This document shows, one piece after another, positions 19,313 to 29,036 of a stretch of 64,000 nt of DNA; the stretch's first letter is position 1, and every line of letters begins with the position of its first letter. Below the pieces are notes generated by a model. It ran no database searches, was not told where the DNA came from, and saw nothing but the letters and a program-made list of their open reading frames with translations. The DNA comes from Puniceicoccaceae bacterium (GTDB taxonomy: Bacteria; Verrucomicrobiota; Verrucomicrobiia; Opitutales; Oceanipulchritudinaceae): assembly GCA_040830765.1 (NCBI GenBank), contig JBFOMH010000005.1:192001-256000 (forward strand), written 5' to 3'. A program made the translations under genes and the position numbers.

Positions 19313-21166
19313 ATGCCCGAACTGAGTTTCCTCAACCGTCTCGATTTCACCGTGGTCGGCCTCTACATGCTGGCCGTCCTGGGAGTCGGCTTCTACGTGG
19401 CCCGGTTCAACAAGGCGACGACGGACTATTTCAAGGGCGGCGGCCATATCCCATGGAAGATGTCGATGCTGTCCCTCTTCATCTCGGGATTCTCGGCCTT
19501 CATGTTCGTCGGTGCGGCGGGCATCACCTACGGCAACGGCGGGGGGGCCATCCTCCTCTTCAGCTTTGCCCTCCCGGCCTACCTCCTCGGGGCATGGGTC
19601 TTTGGCTGGCGCTGGCGGCGGACACGACTCGACACGCCCCTGCAGTTCCTCACCCGACGCTATTCCCAGGGAACAACCTATTTCTACACCATCCTCGCGG
19701 TCGTCCCAAACACCCTCGTGCTGGGGATCATGATCTACACCCTGTGTATTTTCATCTCCACCGCCATGGGGATCAACACCACCGTGTTTGACCTCGGGCT
19801 ATTCACCCTCAATGGGTTCCAGCTGACCATGCTCGTCACCGGCATGGTGATTGTTGTCTACACGACCCTGGGCGGACTCTGGGCGGTCATGGTCACGGAT
19901 GCGGTGCAGTTTCTCATCGTCCTGCTCATCACCATGGTAATGACCCCCCTGGCCTACACCCACCTTGGCGGGGGCAATCCCATTGACGGCATCAGCCGGC
20001 TCTTTGCCGAAGCCCCGGAGGGATATTTCTCCATCGGCCTGGAGGGCAAACCCTTCCTTTTCTGGCCAACCTGGTTCATCTACATCATTTTCGGCTACAA
20101 CGTGAACTGGCACATTGCCCAGCGGTATTACAGTATCTCGGATGAACGGGATACCCGGAAGATGGCCTACTGGTGCGGAGGATTGTCGTTCATCATGCCG
20201 ATGCTCTGGATTCTCCCCATTCTCGTCACCCCGATCCTCTTCCCGAACATCCATGAGCTCTGGCCGGACCTCGCCAAGCCCTCGGAAGCCTCCTTCGTCA
20301 CCCTCGCCCTGGCAATCCTTCCCCATGGCCTGCTTGGCCTGCTGACAGCGGCCATTTTTGCCGCCACAATGAGCTCCACCGACACCACATTCAACTGGCT
20401 CGGAGCAGTCCTGACAAAGGATGTCTATGTTCCTCTGACGGAGAAAGTCCGCAAGGAGACGCCAAGCGAGCGAACGCAATTGTGGGTTGGAAAGGGAGTT
20501 GTGGCCTCCCTCGGGATCATTGCCATCTGGATTTCGGTCAACATCCAGAAATATGGTGGAGCCTTCGATGTCTACATGAAGGCGGAATCGCTCTACAAGA
20601 TCACCCTCTTTGTCCCGGTCTTCTTCGGACTGCTTTACACCCGCACACCTTGGTGGTCCGCCATTGCCTCGGTAGCCGCGGGCGTGATTTCCGTCCTTGC
20701 TGTTGGCGTGGCGGCTGCCTTCCAAACCGAGGACAGTCTCAGCTTCATGAACATTCTCTTTGCCGACATGGAGGTAAGTACATTCGGTCTCGTCTTCACG
20801 CGCTATGAATTAAACGCCCTCGTCGGATTGGCGGTCAGTGGCGGGGTCTTCCTGTTTTCCGCATTTCTCGACAAACGGACGGGCCTCTTCAAGGAGCGGA
20901 TTGAATCCTTTGAAAAGGACTTGCAGACACCGGCCCATGAAGATCCGGACCACAAGATTGGTCCTGAGGGTCTGAAGGCCTACCGCCTGATGGGCATTCT
21001 CGCCATCGGATTGGGCGTCGTCCTTCTCATCCTTTCGGTCTTTACGATGACCAGCGGTGGCTGGCTCAATGCCATCGTGGGCGGGCTTGCCATCGGCATC
21101 GGCTTCATTACGATAAAGGCCATCCGCACTTATCAGCGGGTGCATGGCCTGGATTCCACTCAATAA
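19313..21166 (+). CDS. Sodium:solute symporter (SSS family)
   Basis: TDYFKGGGHIPW, GGLWAVMVTDAVQF, AAIFAATMSSTDT. Confidence 0.9.
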   Translation: MPELSFLNRLDFTVVGLYMLAVLGVGFYVARFNKATTDYFKGGGHIPWKMSMLSLFISGFSAFMFVGAAGITYGNGGGAILLFSFALPAYLLGAWVFGWRWRRTRLDTPLQFLTRRYSQGTTYFYTILAVVPNTLVLGIMIYTLCIFISTAMGINTTVFDLGLFTLNGFQLTMLVTGMVIVVYTTLGGLWAVMVTDAVQFLIVLLITMVMTPLAYTHLGGGNPIDGISRLFAEAPEGYFSIGLEGKPFLFWPTWFIYIIFGYNVNWHIAQRYYSISDERDTRKMAYWCGGLSFIMPMLWILPILVTPILFPNIHELWPDLAKPSEASFVTLALAILPHGLLGLLTAAIFAATMSSTDTTFNWLGAVLTKDVYVPLTEKVRKETPSERTQLWVGKGVVASLGIIAIWISVNIQKYGGAFDVYMKAESLYKITLFVPVFFGLLYTRTPWWSAIASVAAGVISVLAVGVAAAFQTEDSLSFMNILFADMEVSTFGLVFTRYELNALVGLAVSGGVFLFSAFLDKRTGLFKERIESFEKDLQTPAHEDPDHKIGPEGLKAYRLMGILAIGLGVVLLILSVFTMTSGGWLNAIVGGLAIGIGFITIKAIRTYQRVHGLDSTQ

Positions 21167-21179
21167 CCCGTTTCCACTT

Positions 21180-23186
21180 ATGAAAATGACAAGACGTGAC
21201 CTACTTCGCATCGGCGGTTCCTCCCTTCTCTTTGCCGGACTATCCCCACTTTCATCCCTGGCATCGGGAGGCACCCAATCCTCCTCCCGACGTCTCTTTT
21301 TCAATGAGGCGGACCTTCCCCGCATCCGGGCAAATGCCCAGAGTCCGCTCCTCAAGTCCATTTTCAGCGAATGGGCCGCCTACACCCCAGCCGATCTCGA
21401 GGCCGCCTACGAAAAGTTCACGCAGTCCAAGGATATTATCCGCGACTTCATGGCCATCCTCCGGGGAATCGATAACCTCGCTGCCGCCCATATGGTTGAG
21501 CCCGATGAGGCCAAGGCGAAGGCTATTATTGATGCCATGGAACGGATCATTCTGGAACCCTATTGGGACTATTTCCGCGATGGCGGGACAGAGGTCATCG
21601 GCATCCAGCGTGCCTCCTACGCCACCGTCCACTTGCTCATCGCCCGGGAAGTCCTCGGCGATGCCATCGACCATGACCTTGACCGGCGCCTGCTCAAGGC
21701 CATTGCCGAGAAAGGCTGTCTCCCCTGTTACCGGACCGTCTACGACATGGAGAACCCGGAAACGGTCAAGGGCTGGGACTTTGACGAGCATCATGCCGGC
21801 TTTTACGACATTACCATGGAACGCTGGCCGACGATCCTTGGAGCCAACAACCTCCGCGCAGCCCCGACGGGTGCGCTCGGCCTTGGGGCACTCGCCCTCC
21901 AGGGAGTTGATGATCGCGCCGACGAGTGGCTGGCCACTGCCGTTGCCAGCACGGAACGCTTCCTTAAACTGATTAGCCCGGACGGCAGCTTTTTCGAGGG
22001 ACTGAGCTACCTCAGTTATTCCCTCCGCACCACCCTTCCCTTCATCCAAGCCCACACCAACCTGATTGGCGACATCGACTGGACAACCAAGGCCAATTGG
22101 GATGGTGCCCTCGAATACATCATGACGATGCAATTCGGCAAAAAGGCGGACGGCACCCCGGATATCGTCAATTTCAGTGATGCCCGCTTCAGTGTCTTCC
22201 CCGGTGCGATTTCTCTGATTGGGGACTACACCGGTAACCCGCTGGCGGGATTTGCCTCCACCTATGCTGGCAATCCCCGCTGGATCTACGATCTCTTCTG
22301 GTATCGTCCCGATGCTCCTGCCGAGGAACCTTCCCCGAAGCTGCTCAACAAGCTCAACGATCTGGATTGGATCATCTGCCGCTCAGGCTGGGACGCCGAT
22401 GACAGTGTCCTCGCCTTCAAAAGCGGTGCACCGGCCAATCATGAGCACGCCGACCGCAACCACATCATGTTCAAGCGCCATGGGGAACGGCTCCTCAACG
22501 ACCATGTCGGGGCCGCCTACGACCGCCGCAACGACGGCTGGAAGATGCGCTTTACCCGCGGTCACAATGCGGTCCTCATCGACGGCAAGGGGCATCCCTA
22601 CATCGACGGAAGCGAAGGAACCAATGACAGCAAAGCCTACGCCAACATTCTCCAGTACGAGGACCAGGGCGACCATGTCTGGTGGACCAGCGATGCCTCA
22701 CCGGCCTACATCCTCGACAACTACCATGTCCATCAGGTCCTCCGGAGTGTCCTCTATGCCAAGCCGGATATCTTTGTCGTGATCGATCAAATACGACTGC
22801 GCTACCGCCCACAGACGGTCGATGCCCGATTCTACCCGGACAATGGGGATGGCAAGGCCAAGCTCTCCGTTGACGGCAATCGCTTTACGATCAGCCGACC
22901 AAAGGCCACCCTGCACGGACTGGTCGCTTCCGACACCGGTGCCATGCCGAGGTTGGCTCGTCTCGAAGTGGAGAAGGAAACGGGGGACTTCCCCTGCATC
23001 GAGCTACATGCCGGCAAGGCCCTGACCCATCACATGGTCACCGTTCTCGCCGCCACACCTGCCGGCGCGGAGGCACCTCTCAGCATGCAAGTCGAGCAAA
23101 ACGGAAATCTTTGGACCATTCACGCCGGTGACCTCAAGGCCACTGTGGAAATGACCACCCGCGAACCGGTGATTCATATCCTTTAA
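21180..23186 (+). CDS. Tat-exported heparinase II/III-like lyase
   Basis: Twin-arginine signal TRRDLL; DGSFFEGLSYLSY, HEHADRNH, HNAVLIDG. Confidence 0.75.
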   Translation: MKMTRRDLLRIGGSSLLFAGLSPLSSLASGGTQSSSRRLFFNEADLPRIRANAQSPLLKSIFSEWAAYTPADLEAAYEKFTQSKDIIRDFMAILRGIDNLAAAHMVEPDEAKAKAIIDAMERIILEPYWDYFRDGGTEVIGIQRASYATVHLLIAREVLGDAIDHDLDRRLLKAIAEKGCLPCYRTVYDMENPETVKGWDFDEHHAGFYDITMERWPTILGANNLRAAPTGALGLGALALQGVDDRADEWLATAVASTERFLKLISPDGSFFEGLSYLSYSLRTTLPFIQAHTNLIGDIDWTTKANWDGALEYIMTMQFGKKADGTPDIVNFSDARFSVFPGAISLIGDYTGNPLAGFASTYAGNPRWIYDLFWYRPDAPAEEPSPKLLNKLNDLDWIICRSGWDADDSVLAFKSGAPANHEHADRNHIMFKRHGERLLNDHVGAAYDRRNDGWKMRFTRGHNAVLIDGKGHPYIDGSEGTNDSKAYANILQYEDQGDHVWWTSDASPAYILDNYHVHQVLRSVLYAKPDIFVVIDQIRLRYRPQTVDARFYPDNGDGKAKLSVDGNRFTISRPKATLHGLVASDTGAMPRLARLEVEKETGDFPCIELHAGKALTHHMVTVLAATPAGAEAPLSMQVEQNGNLWTIHAGDLKATVEMTTREPVIHIL

Positions 23187-23192
23187 TTCCCA

Positions 23193-24392
23193 ATGCAGTC
23201 GGAAAACAGCAAGTACCTGGAGCGGGCCCTCCGGACAATCCCGTGGGGCACCCAGACGAATGCCAAGCGCCACGAGCGGGACGGCATGGAGGAGCGCCCG
23301 GCTTTTATCAAACGGGCCTCCGGTTGCCGCATGTGGGACCTCGATGATCGTGAGTTCATCGACTACCGGGCCGCCCTGGGGCCAATTATCCTCGGTTATT
23401 GCCATGAGCCAGTGGATGCCGCGGTGCGCGCCCAGATGGAACTCGGCACCCTCTTCAGCATGGCCAGTCCGATTGAGGTCGAGGCGGCGGAAGCGGTCCT
23501 TGGGACACTCAACTGGGCGGACCAGATCCGCTTCATGAAGACTGGGGCGGATGTCTGTACCTGTTGCCTGCGGTTGGCCAGAAGCCGTACCGGCCGGGAC
23601 CATATGCTGACCATTGGCTACCATGGTTATCATGACTGGTTTGCCTTTGACTGGCCCAATCCGGGTGTGCCGGAATCCCTTAAGCAGTACATTCACCCGG
23701 TGGCCTATGGCGACAAGGAGGCCGTCGACCAAATCTTCGCCGAACACGGGCATGAGCTCGCTGCGGCGATTACCGTCCCCATTGAGTGGCACATGGAGCC
23801 GGATGGCGAATTCCTGCAGCACTTGCGCAAGTTGTGCGATGCCCATGGAAGCGCTTTGATCTTTGATGAAGTCCTCACCGGTTTCAGGCTCGGAAAGGCC
23901 GGTGCTGTCGAGCACTTCGGGGTCACCCCGGACATGGTTGGCTATGCCAAGGGCATCGCCAATGGATATCCCCTCGCCGCCTATGCCGGCAAAAAGGAAT
24001 GGATGGACACCCTTAACCAGACCATCATCACCACCACCTACGCCGGAGAAACCCTTTCCCTCGCCGCCAGCATCGCAGTGATGGAGATTTTTAACAAGGA
24101 ACCGGTGCATGACCATATCCGTACCCAGGGAGCAGCTCTGCGAAAGGGATTTGAGGAAATCTTCAAGGAGAGCGGCCTTCCGCTAACGACGGTTGGCGTT
24201 GACGAGGGGGCCGTCATCGACTTCAGCGCAGTCGGGGAAAACGCTGACTCCCTGCACCGCAATTTATTCAACAAGCTGTTTGCCAGGGGAATTTTCGCCA
24301 ACGAGCAATGGTTTGTCACCTACACCCACCAGCCCGCTGACATTGAACAGACCCTCGATGCGATGCGGGATTCAATCAAAGAAATCATTTAA
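23193..24392 (+). CDS. Class III PLP-dependent aminotransferase (GSA-aminomutase-like fold)
   Basis: LIFDEVLTGFR and PDMVGYAKGIANGYP (PLP lysine). Confidence 0.85.
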   Translation: MQSENSKYLERALRTIPWGTQTNAKRHERDGMEERPAFIKRASGCRMWDLDDREFIDYRAALGPIILGYCHEPVDAAVRAQMELGTLFSMASPIEVEAAEAVLGTLNWADQIRFMKTGADVCTCCLRLARSRTGRDHMLTIGYHGYHDWFAFDWPNPGVPESLKQYIHPVAYGDKEAVDQIFAEHGHELAAAITVPIEWHMEPDGEFLQHLRKLCDAHGSALIFDEVLTGFRLGKAGAVEHFGVTPDMVGYAKGIANGYPLAAYAGKKEWMDTLNQTIITTTYAGETLSLAASIAVMEIFNKEPVHDHIRTQGAALRKGFEEIFKESGLPLTTVGVDEGAVIDFSAVGENADSLHRNLFNKLFARGIFANEQWFVTYTHQPADIEQTLDAMRDSIKEII

Positions 24393-24397
24393 GCAAC

Positions 24398-26008
24398 ATG
24401 GCCAAGGATACCATCTATTTCGACTGCTTCGCGCAAATTGGCAAATGGGCCGGGAAGGATCCCCTCGCTCCGTGGAAAACGGAGGATCTGCTCAGTCATA
24501 TGGAGCGCTGCCAGATTCATGGCGCATTGGTCTATGCCAACGTTGCCGCCGAGACCCATCCGGACGTCGGTAATCCGATTGTCGACGCAACCTGCGGCGA
24601 ACACGAACGCCTCTATCCCTGCTGGGTCGGGCTCCCGCACCAGACTGGGGAGTTCCCGGAGCCCCAGAAGCTCATTGAGCAAATGCAGGCTGCCAATGTC
24701 CGGGCCCTGAAGCTTTATCCACGCGTCTTCCAGTTTCCCGTCAATGATCTCTGCCTCGCACCTCTTCTGGGTGCCTTGCAGGAAGCCGGAATGCTGTTGA
24801 TTATCGACCGCGGGCAGGACGGGCATCCCAATGTGGAAATCTCTTGGGACGAACTCCGCTGGGTAGCGGAGACCTTCCCACGTCTGAACATCCTCCTCCA
24901 TGGGGTTCGTTGGGAAGCAACCCGGGAATTGACCCCCCTGGCCCAGCACTGCCGCAATATCCATTTCGAGTTTTCCAGCTATCAGGCCAACCGTATGCTG
25001 GAATACTGGTGCGAAAAGATTGGGCACGAGCAACTGCTCTTCGGTACAGACGCCATGCAGAAGTCCCTTGGCGCCGCCCGGGCCTATATCGATTACTCCG
25101 AGCTTATTGACGAGCAGCGCAACGCCATTGCCGGCGGTAACCTGGCCCGCCTTCTCAAGGTCCAGCTCCCGTCCGCCTACGAATCGCCTCCCGAGCCGGA
25201 TGCCATTGTCAGCCGCGCCATGGATGGCCTTCCCATTGAGGACCAGGTTGTCATTGATGCCCACGCGCATTTTACCAAGAAGGGATCCAAGGGAGCCACC
25301 CGGGTCTTCATGAACGAGGCAGACCTGGCGGGAGTCGTCGCCCGCAACGCGCGCCTTGGGGTCGATATCACAGCAGCCAGCCCATGGACCGGCATCTGGA
25401 CGGACTACGAATTGGGTAATGAAGACACCGTTGAGGGCCTGAAGGAGTTCCCGGAGGCCTTTGCAGGATACGCTGTACTGGATCCCAACTACATTGAGGA
25501 CTGGGATGCCGCACTCAAGTACTGCTATGAGGAAAACCGCATGATGGGCATGAAGCCCTACCATCCGCGGCAGGGCATTCCCTACAATGACGCACGATAC
25601 CAACCCTGGTGGGAATATGGTAACGAGCACCACCTCTTTGCCAAGATGCATCCCTCCGACAATTTTGTCGCGGAGATGCATGACCTGGCGACTCGCTTTC
25701 CCAACGTCAACTTCTGCCTTGCCCACTCCGGCTGGACCTGGAAGCACTGCCGCGAACATGTTGAACTCTGCAAGGCCTACCCCAACTGCTTCTGCGAAAT
25801 CACCTTTACCTCGGTGACCAACGGAACCATCGAGTGGATGGTCGAGCAGCTAGGCTCGGAGCGGGTCCTCTATGGCTCGGATGCCCCCATGCGGGATCCT
25901 TTCCCGCAGTTCGGCTGGGTCGTTTACGCCGACATCAGTGAGGCCGACAAGCGCAATATCCTCGGCCTCAACATGGAGAAGATCATCAACAAGGTCCGCT
26001 TAGCTTAG
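24398..26008 (+). CDS. Tandem two-domain amidohydrolase (Amidohydro_2-like)
   Basis: Two TIM-barrel repeats ending LLFGTDAM and VLYGSDAP; second domain has IDAHAH, KMHP, LAHSG. Confidence 0.8.
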   Translation: MAKDTIYFDCFAQIGKWAGKDPLAPWKTEDLLSHMERCQIHGALVYANVAAETHPDVGNPIVDATCGEHERLYPCWVGLPHQTGEFPEPQKLIEQMQAANVRALKLYPRVFQFPVNDLCLAPLLGALQEAGMLLIIDRGQDGHPNVEISWDELRWVAETFPRLNILLHGVRWEATRELTPLAQHCRNIHFEFSSYQANRMLEYWCEKIGHEQLLFGTDAMQKSLGAARAYIDYSELIDEQRNAIAGGNLARLLKVQLPSAYESPPEPDAIVSRAMDGLPIEDQVVIDAHAHFTKKGSKGATRVFMNEADLAGVVARNARLGVDITAASPWTGIWTDYELGNEDTVEGLKEFPEAFAGYAVLDPNYIEDWDAALKYCYEENRMMGMKPYHPRQGIPYNDARYQPWWEYGNEHHLFAKMHPSDNFVAEMHDLATRFPNVNFCLAHSGWTWKHCREHVELCKAYPNCFCEITFTSVTNGTIEWMVEQLGSERVLYGSDAPMRDPFPQFGWVVYADISEADKRNILGLNMEKIINKVRLA

Positions 26009-27070
26009 CCACCTGTCGAGGTTTTCGCGGACAAATGCATCGTCGTTGAATTCCGGATACATCCGGTAGATTCGATCGATTTCCTCAAGCTGCCCGGGTG
26101 ACAGGACCTCTTCTTCCTCCAGTGTCCAGAGGCCTTCCAACAATCCCTGGCGACGGAGGATCTCGTGAATCCCCGGAATACAGCCGGTAAAGCGGTTGGC
26201 CGCGTCGAAGATGACAGCATTGGCATCGGTCAGCTGCTGGGCCCGGGTCAGGACTTCCATCGGCACGGGACCACCCGCATCACGAATCTCTCGTAGTTCG
26301 TGCAGTTCTTCGACCGCCTTTTGCGTCCAGACCGCCCACTGGCCGAGTAGGCCCCCGCGAAAGCCAATGGATTGTCCAGGTTCTTCGCCAAAACGATAAG
26401 TGGTCAGGAGATCGAGAATAATATTCTCATCATTGCCGGTATAGAGGGCCAGGTCTCCGGCCCGGCCGGCATCAACAACAGCACGGGCAACATCGAGGGA
26501 TTCGTAGCGGTTAAAGGGAGCCACCTTGATACCAACAAGGTTCTCCACTTCCGCCACCTGTCGCCAGAAACCGTATTCCAGCCGTCGTCCACCGACGGAC
26601 GGCTGGAGGTAAAAGCCGAACAGGGGGATGACTTCGGACAAGGCCCGCATGTGCGCCACCATTTCTTCATCCGTTGACCCGGAAAAGGCACTCAGGCTGA
26701 CCAGACCAACATCATAGCCCAAAGAGGAGGCCAGCTCAGCCTCCTTGATGGCCTGCTCCGTGGGCCCGACGATTCCGGCCACTTTCAACAGGGGTTCATC
26801 AAGTTGTTCTTCGCAGTCCGCCATTGTTTCCGCAGCCAGCTCAAGGACGGGCTGGAAGAGGCCTATCTTGGGATCGCGGATGGCAAACTGGGTCGTATGG
26901 ACGCCAACGGCAATCCCCCCGGCACCAGCATCTGCGTAATAGCGCGTCAGGGCCCGCTGGCGTTGTTCGTCGAGACGCCGGCTGGCATCCAGAGCCAATG
27001 GATGCGCGGGGATGACCATCCCCTGCATCAGTCGACTGCGCTTTGTATTAGAAATATTCGGTAAACTCAT
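26000..27070 (-). CDS. DHDPS/N-acetylneuraminate-lyase family aldolase or dehydratase
   Basis: IPAHPLAL, AVGVHTTQF, FYLQPSVGG, GIKVAPFNRY (Schiff-base Lys), LYTGND. Confidence 0.8.
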   Translation of the reverse strand: MSLPNISNTKRSRLMQGMVIPAHPLALDASRRLDEQRQRALTRYYADAGAGGIAVGVHTTQFAIRDPKIGLFQPVLELAAETMADCEEQLDEPLLKVAGIVGPTEQAIKEAELASSLGYDVGLVSLSAFSGSTDEEMVAHMRALSEVIPLFGFYLQPSVGGRRLEYGFWRQVAEVENLVGIKVAPFNRYESLDVARAVVDAGRAGDLALYTGNDENIILDLLTTYRFGEEPGQSIGFRGGLLGQWAVWTQKAVEELHELREIRDAGGPVPMEVLTRAQQLTDANAVIFDAANRFTGCIPGIHEILRRQGLLEGLWTLEEEEVLSPGQLEEIDRIYRMYPEFNDDAFVRENLDRWLS

Positions 27071-27086
27071 GTCCTCAATTTTCTTC

Positions 27087-28133
27087 TTAAAACTTGCCAT
27101 CCCGGCGCTCAAAGCCGGTTGGCTTATTATAGGTTTCCCCCTCGTTCTGCAGCCACGCGGCAATCCACTCCACCATGTTGTCCAGACCAACGCTGGGAGG
27201 ACCGAACAGGCGGTGGGACTTCGAGGCATTACTCAGCCATGCGGTCGGTTCCTCGGTTCCGGTAAAGACCGGTTCCTTGCCCAAAAGTTCACCGAAGCGG
27301 GACGCAATCTCCCGTACCGGCACGATATCCTGGCCGGTGATGTTAATCGGCACGGGCGGACTTCCGGCAAGGGACAGGCATTGGATAATCTGGTTCACGG
27401 CATCGTTCTGCCAGATGATGTTGACGTACCCCATACTCAGATCGATGGGCTCGCCGGCCATTACCTTGCGGCAGATGTCGACGGGCACCCCATAGCGGAA
27501 TTCCACTGAATAATTCAGGCGGATATGAACGACCGGAGTTCCATGTCGTTTGGAGGCCTCATTAAAGGCCTCTTCGCGTCCGAGGCAGGACAAGGCATAT
27601 TCACCGACCGGTTCGGTTGGCGACTCCTCGGTCGAGCCGCCCGATTCCGGAGTTGTGTAGCTGTAGACGCATCCGGTTGAAAAGGCCACGATGCGAGAAT
27701 CCTTGAAGCGCTCCGCAACCTGGCGTGAGACTTCCACGTTGATCTGCTGCAGCAGTTCGGGATTACCCGTTGTACCGAACTTGGCCCCGACAAGATAGAA
27801 GACAACCGGACAGTCCGGCAGGGAATGAACAAATTCCGGATCACGAAAATCCCCGACAAGGACCTTCAATCCTGCCTCCTCATAAGCTTCCCGGCTGGCC
27901 AATGTCTGGAAGCGGGAAGCGGCGTAGACGGTGTTGGACTTGCCAAACCGGTCAAGGCCCTCGCGTAACATGCGGCACAAGTGGAGGCCCATCTTGCCAC
28001 CGGCACCAAGCACAAGAATGTCGCCTGACAGTTCCTGCAACACAGCCAGGGTACCTGCCTGGGGCCGGGAAAGGAAGCTGTCCACATCCCCGGCCGGACA
28101 GGGCAACTTAAACGGCCCCTCAGGACTGCTCAT
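27087..28133 (-). CDS. NAD-dependent epimerase/dehydratase (extended SDR)
   Basis: ILVLGAGGKMG Rossmann motif; FSTGCVY; EYALSCLGRE. Confidence 0.8.
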   Translation of the reverse strand: MSSPEGPFKLPCPAGDVDSFLSRPQAGTLAVLQELSGDILVLGAGGKMGLHLCRMLREGLDRFGKSNTVYAASRFQTLASREAYEEAGLKVLVGDFRDPEFVHSLPDCPVVFYLVGAKFGTTGNPELLQQINVEVSRQVAERFKDSRIVAFSTGCVYSYTTPESGGSTEESPTEPVGEYALSCLGREEAFNEASKRHGTPVVHIRLNYSVEFRYGVPVDICRKVMAGEPIDLSMGYVNIIWQNDAVNQIIQCLSLAGSPPVPINITGQDIVPVREIASRFGELLGKEPVFTGTEEPTAWLSNASKSHRLFGPPSVGLDNMVEWIAAWLQNEGETYNKPTGFERRDGKF

Positions 28134-28920
28134 CACGTCCGCCTTTCGATTGAATCCATTCCAACAGCGCCGCCGCATCGTCGGCAAACTTCTCCGGCGA
28201 ATGGTCCGCAACGTGCTCAATGAGCACCCAGCGGTCACCGCTCGCTTCATTGATGGCCTGCAGGTATGCAGCCCATTCCTCGCGCCCTTCGGCCAGCGGA
28301 TGGATATCCGGCCATGGATCCTGGTCAAAATGATTGACGTGCAGGTTGCTGACATATTGCTGCACTTGTCTCAAGCCGGCCAGGCGATCCTCCGGAGAGG
28401 TCTGCAACGGTGGCTGCCACAAGGTCCGGGCATTCGGATGCCCGATCGCTTCCAGCAGACGCAGGGTGGCTTCTGGTGAAGCCGTCAGCGTATTGTCATG
28501 ATATTCAAAATCCAGGCGCATCCCCATTGCTTCCGCGGCCTCCGCAAATTCCCGGGCCTTGGCAACAATTGATTGAAAGCAATCCCCGCTGACCGCTTCC
28601 GGGTCCTTGTTTCCCGCCCAGACGCGGATCGCTGGAGCACCCAAGGCCTGGGCCGTCTCAATTACCTCTTCCATGGAGGGTCCGCCATTTTCCCCGCCGC
28701 AACATTCGTCGAACCGGTAATAGGATCCATAGGAAGCGACCTGCAATCCAGCTTCGCGGGTCAAGGTTCCGACCTTCTCCGCCACAACCAGGTCCCCGTG
28801 CGGAACATGGACATCCCCACCCCACTCGATACCACGCAAGTCGCAATCCTTGACAAGGCGGATGATTTCCTCCGCTGCCAGATTGCGAAAACTGATTGAG
28901 ACAAGGCCGGGAACTAGCAT
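28120..28920 (-). CDS. Sugar phosphate isomerase/epimerase (xylose-isomerase-like TIM barrel)
   Basis: GIEWGGDVHVP, IRVWAG, FEYHDNTLT, NLHV, LIEHV. Confidence 0.8.
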   Translation of the reverse strand: MLVPGLVSISFRNLAAEEIIRLVKDCDLRGIEWGGDVHVPHGDLVVAEKVGTLTREAGLQVASYGSYYRFDECCGGENGGPSMEEVIETAQALGAPAIRVWAGNKDPEAVSGDCFQSIVAKAREFAEAAEAMGMRLDFEYHDNTLTASPEATLRLLEAIGHPNARTLWQPPLQTSPEDRLAGLRQVQQYVSNLHVNHFDQDPWPDIHPLAEGREEWAAYLQAINEASGDRWVLIEHVADHSPEKFADDAAALLEWIQSKGGRDEQS

Positions 28921-29036
28921 ATTCTAAAGGTGTGTCATCCTTATCCACTTCACCTGACCCGTCCAACCGCAAATATAGTTACGATAAAGCGGACGGGCGC
29001 GTGCAAGGAGGTCCTGCCTCCAACATTGTCCTCGGA

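Noticed and set aside
23193..24392. hemL supplying heme precursors to the cytochrome cluster
   Set aside because: The fold is GSA-like, but the gene sits inside a sugar transport/lyase operon with no other hem genes; no gene symbol assigned
26000..27070. dapA
   Set aside because: It has the GVHTTQF variant rather than the GTTGE motif and lies in a sugar-catabolic context
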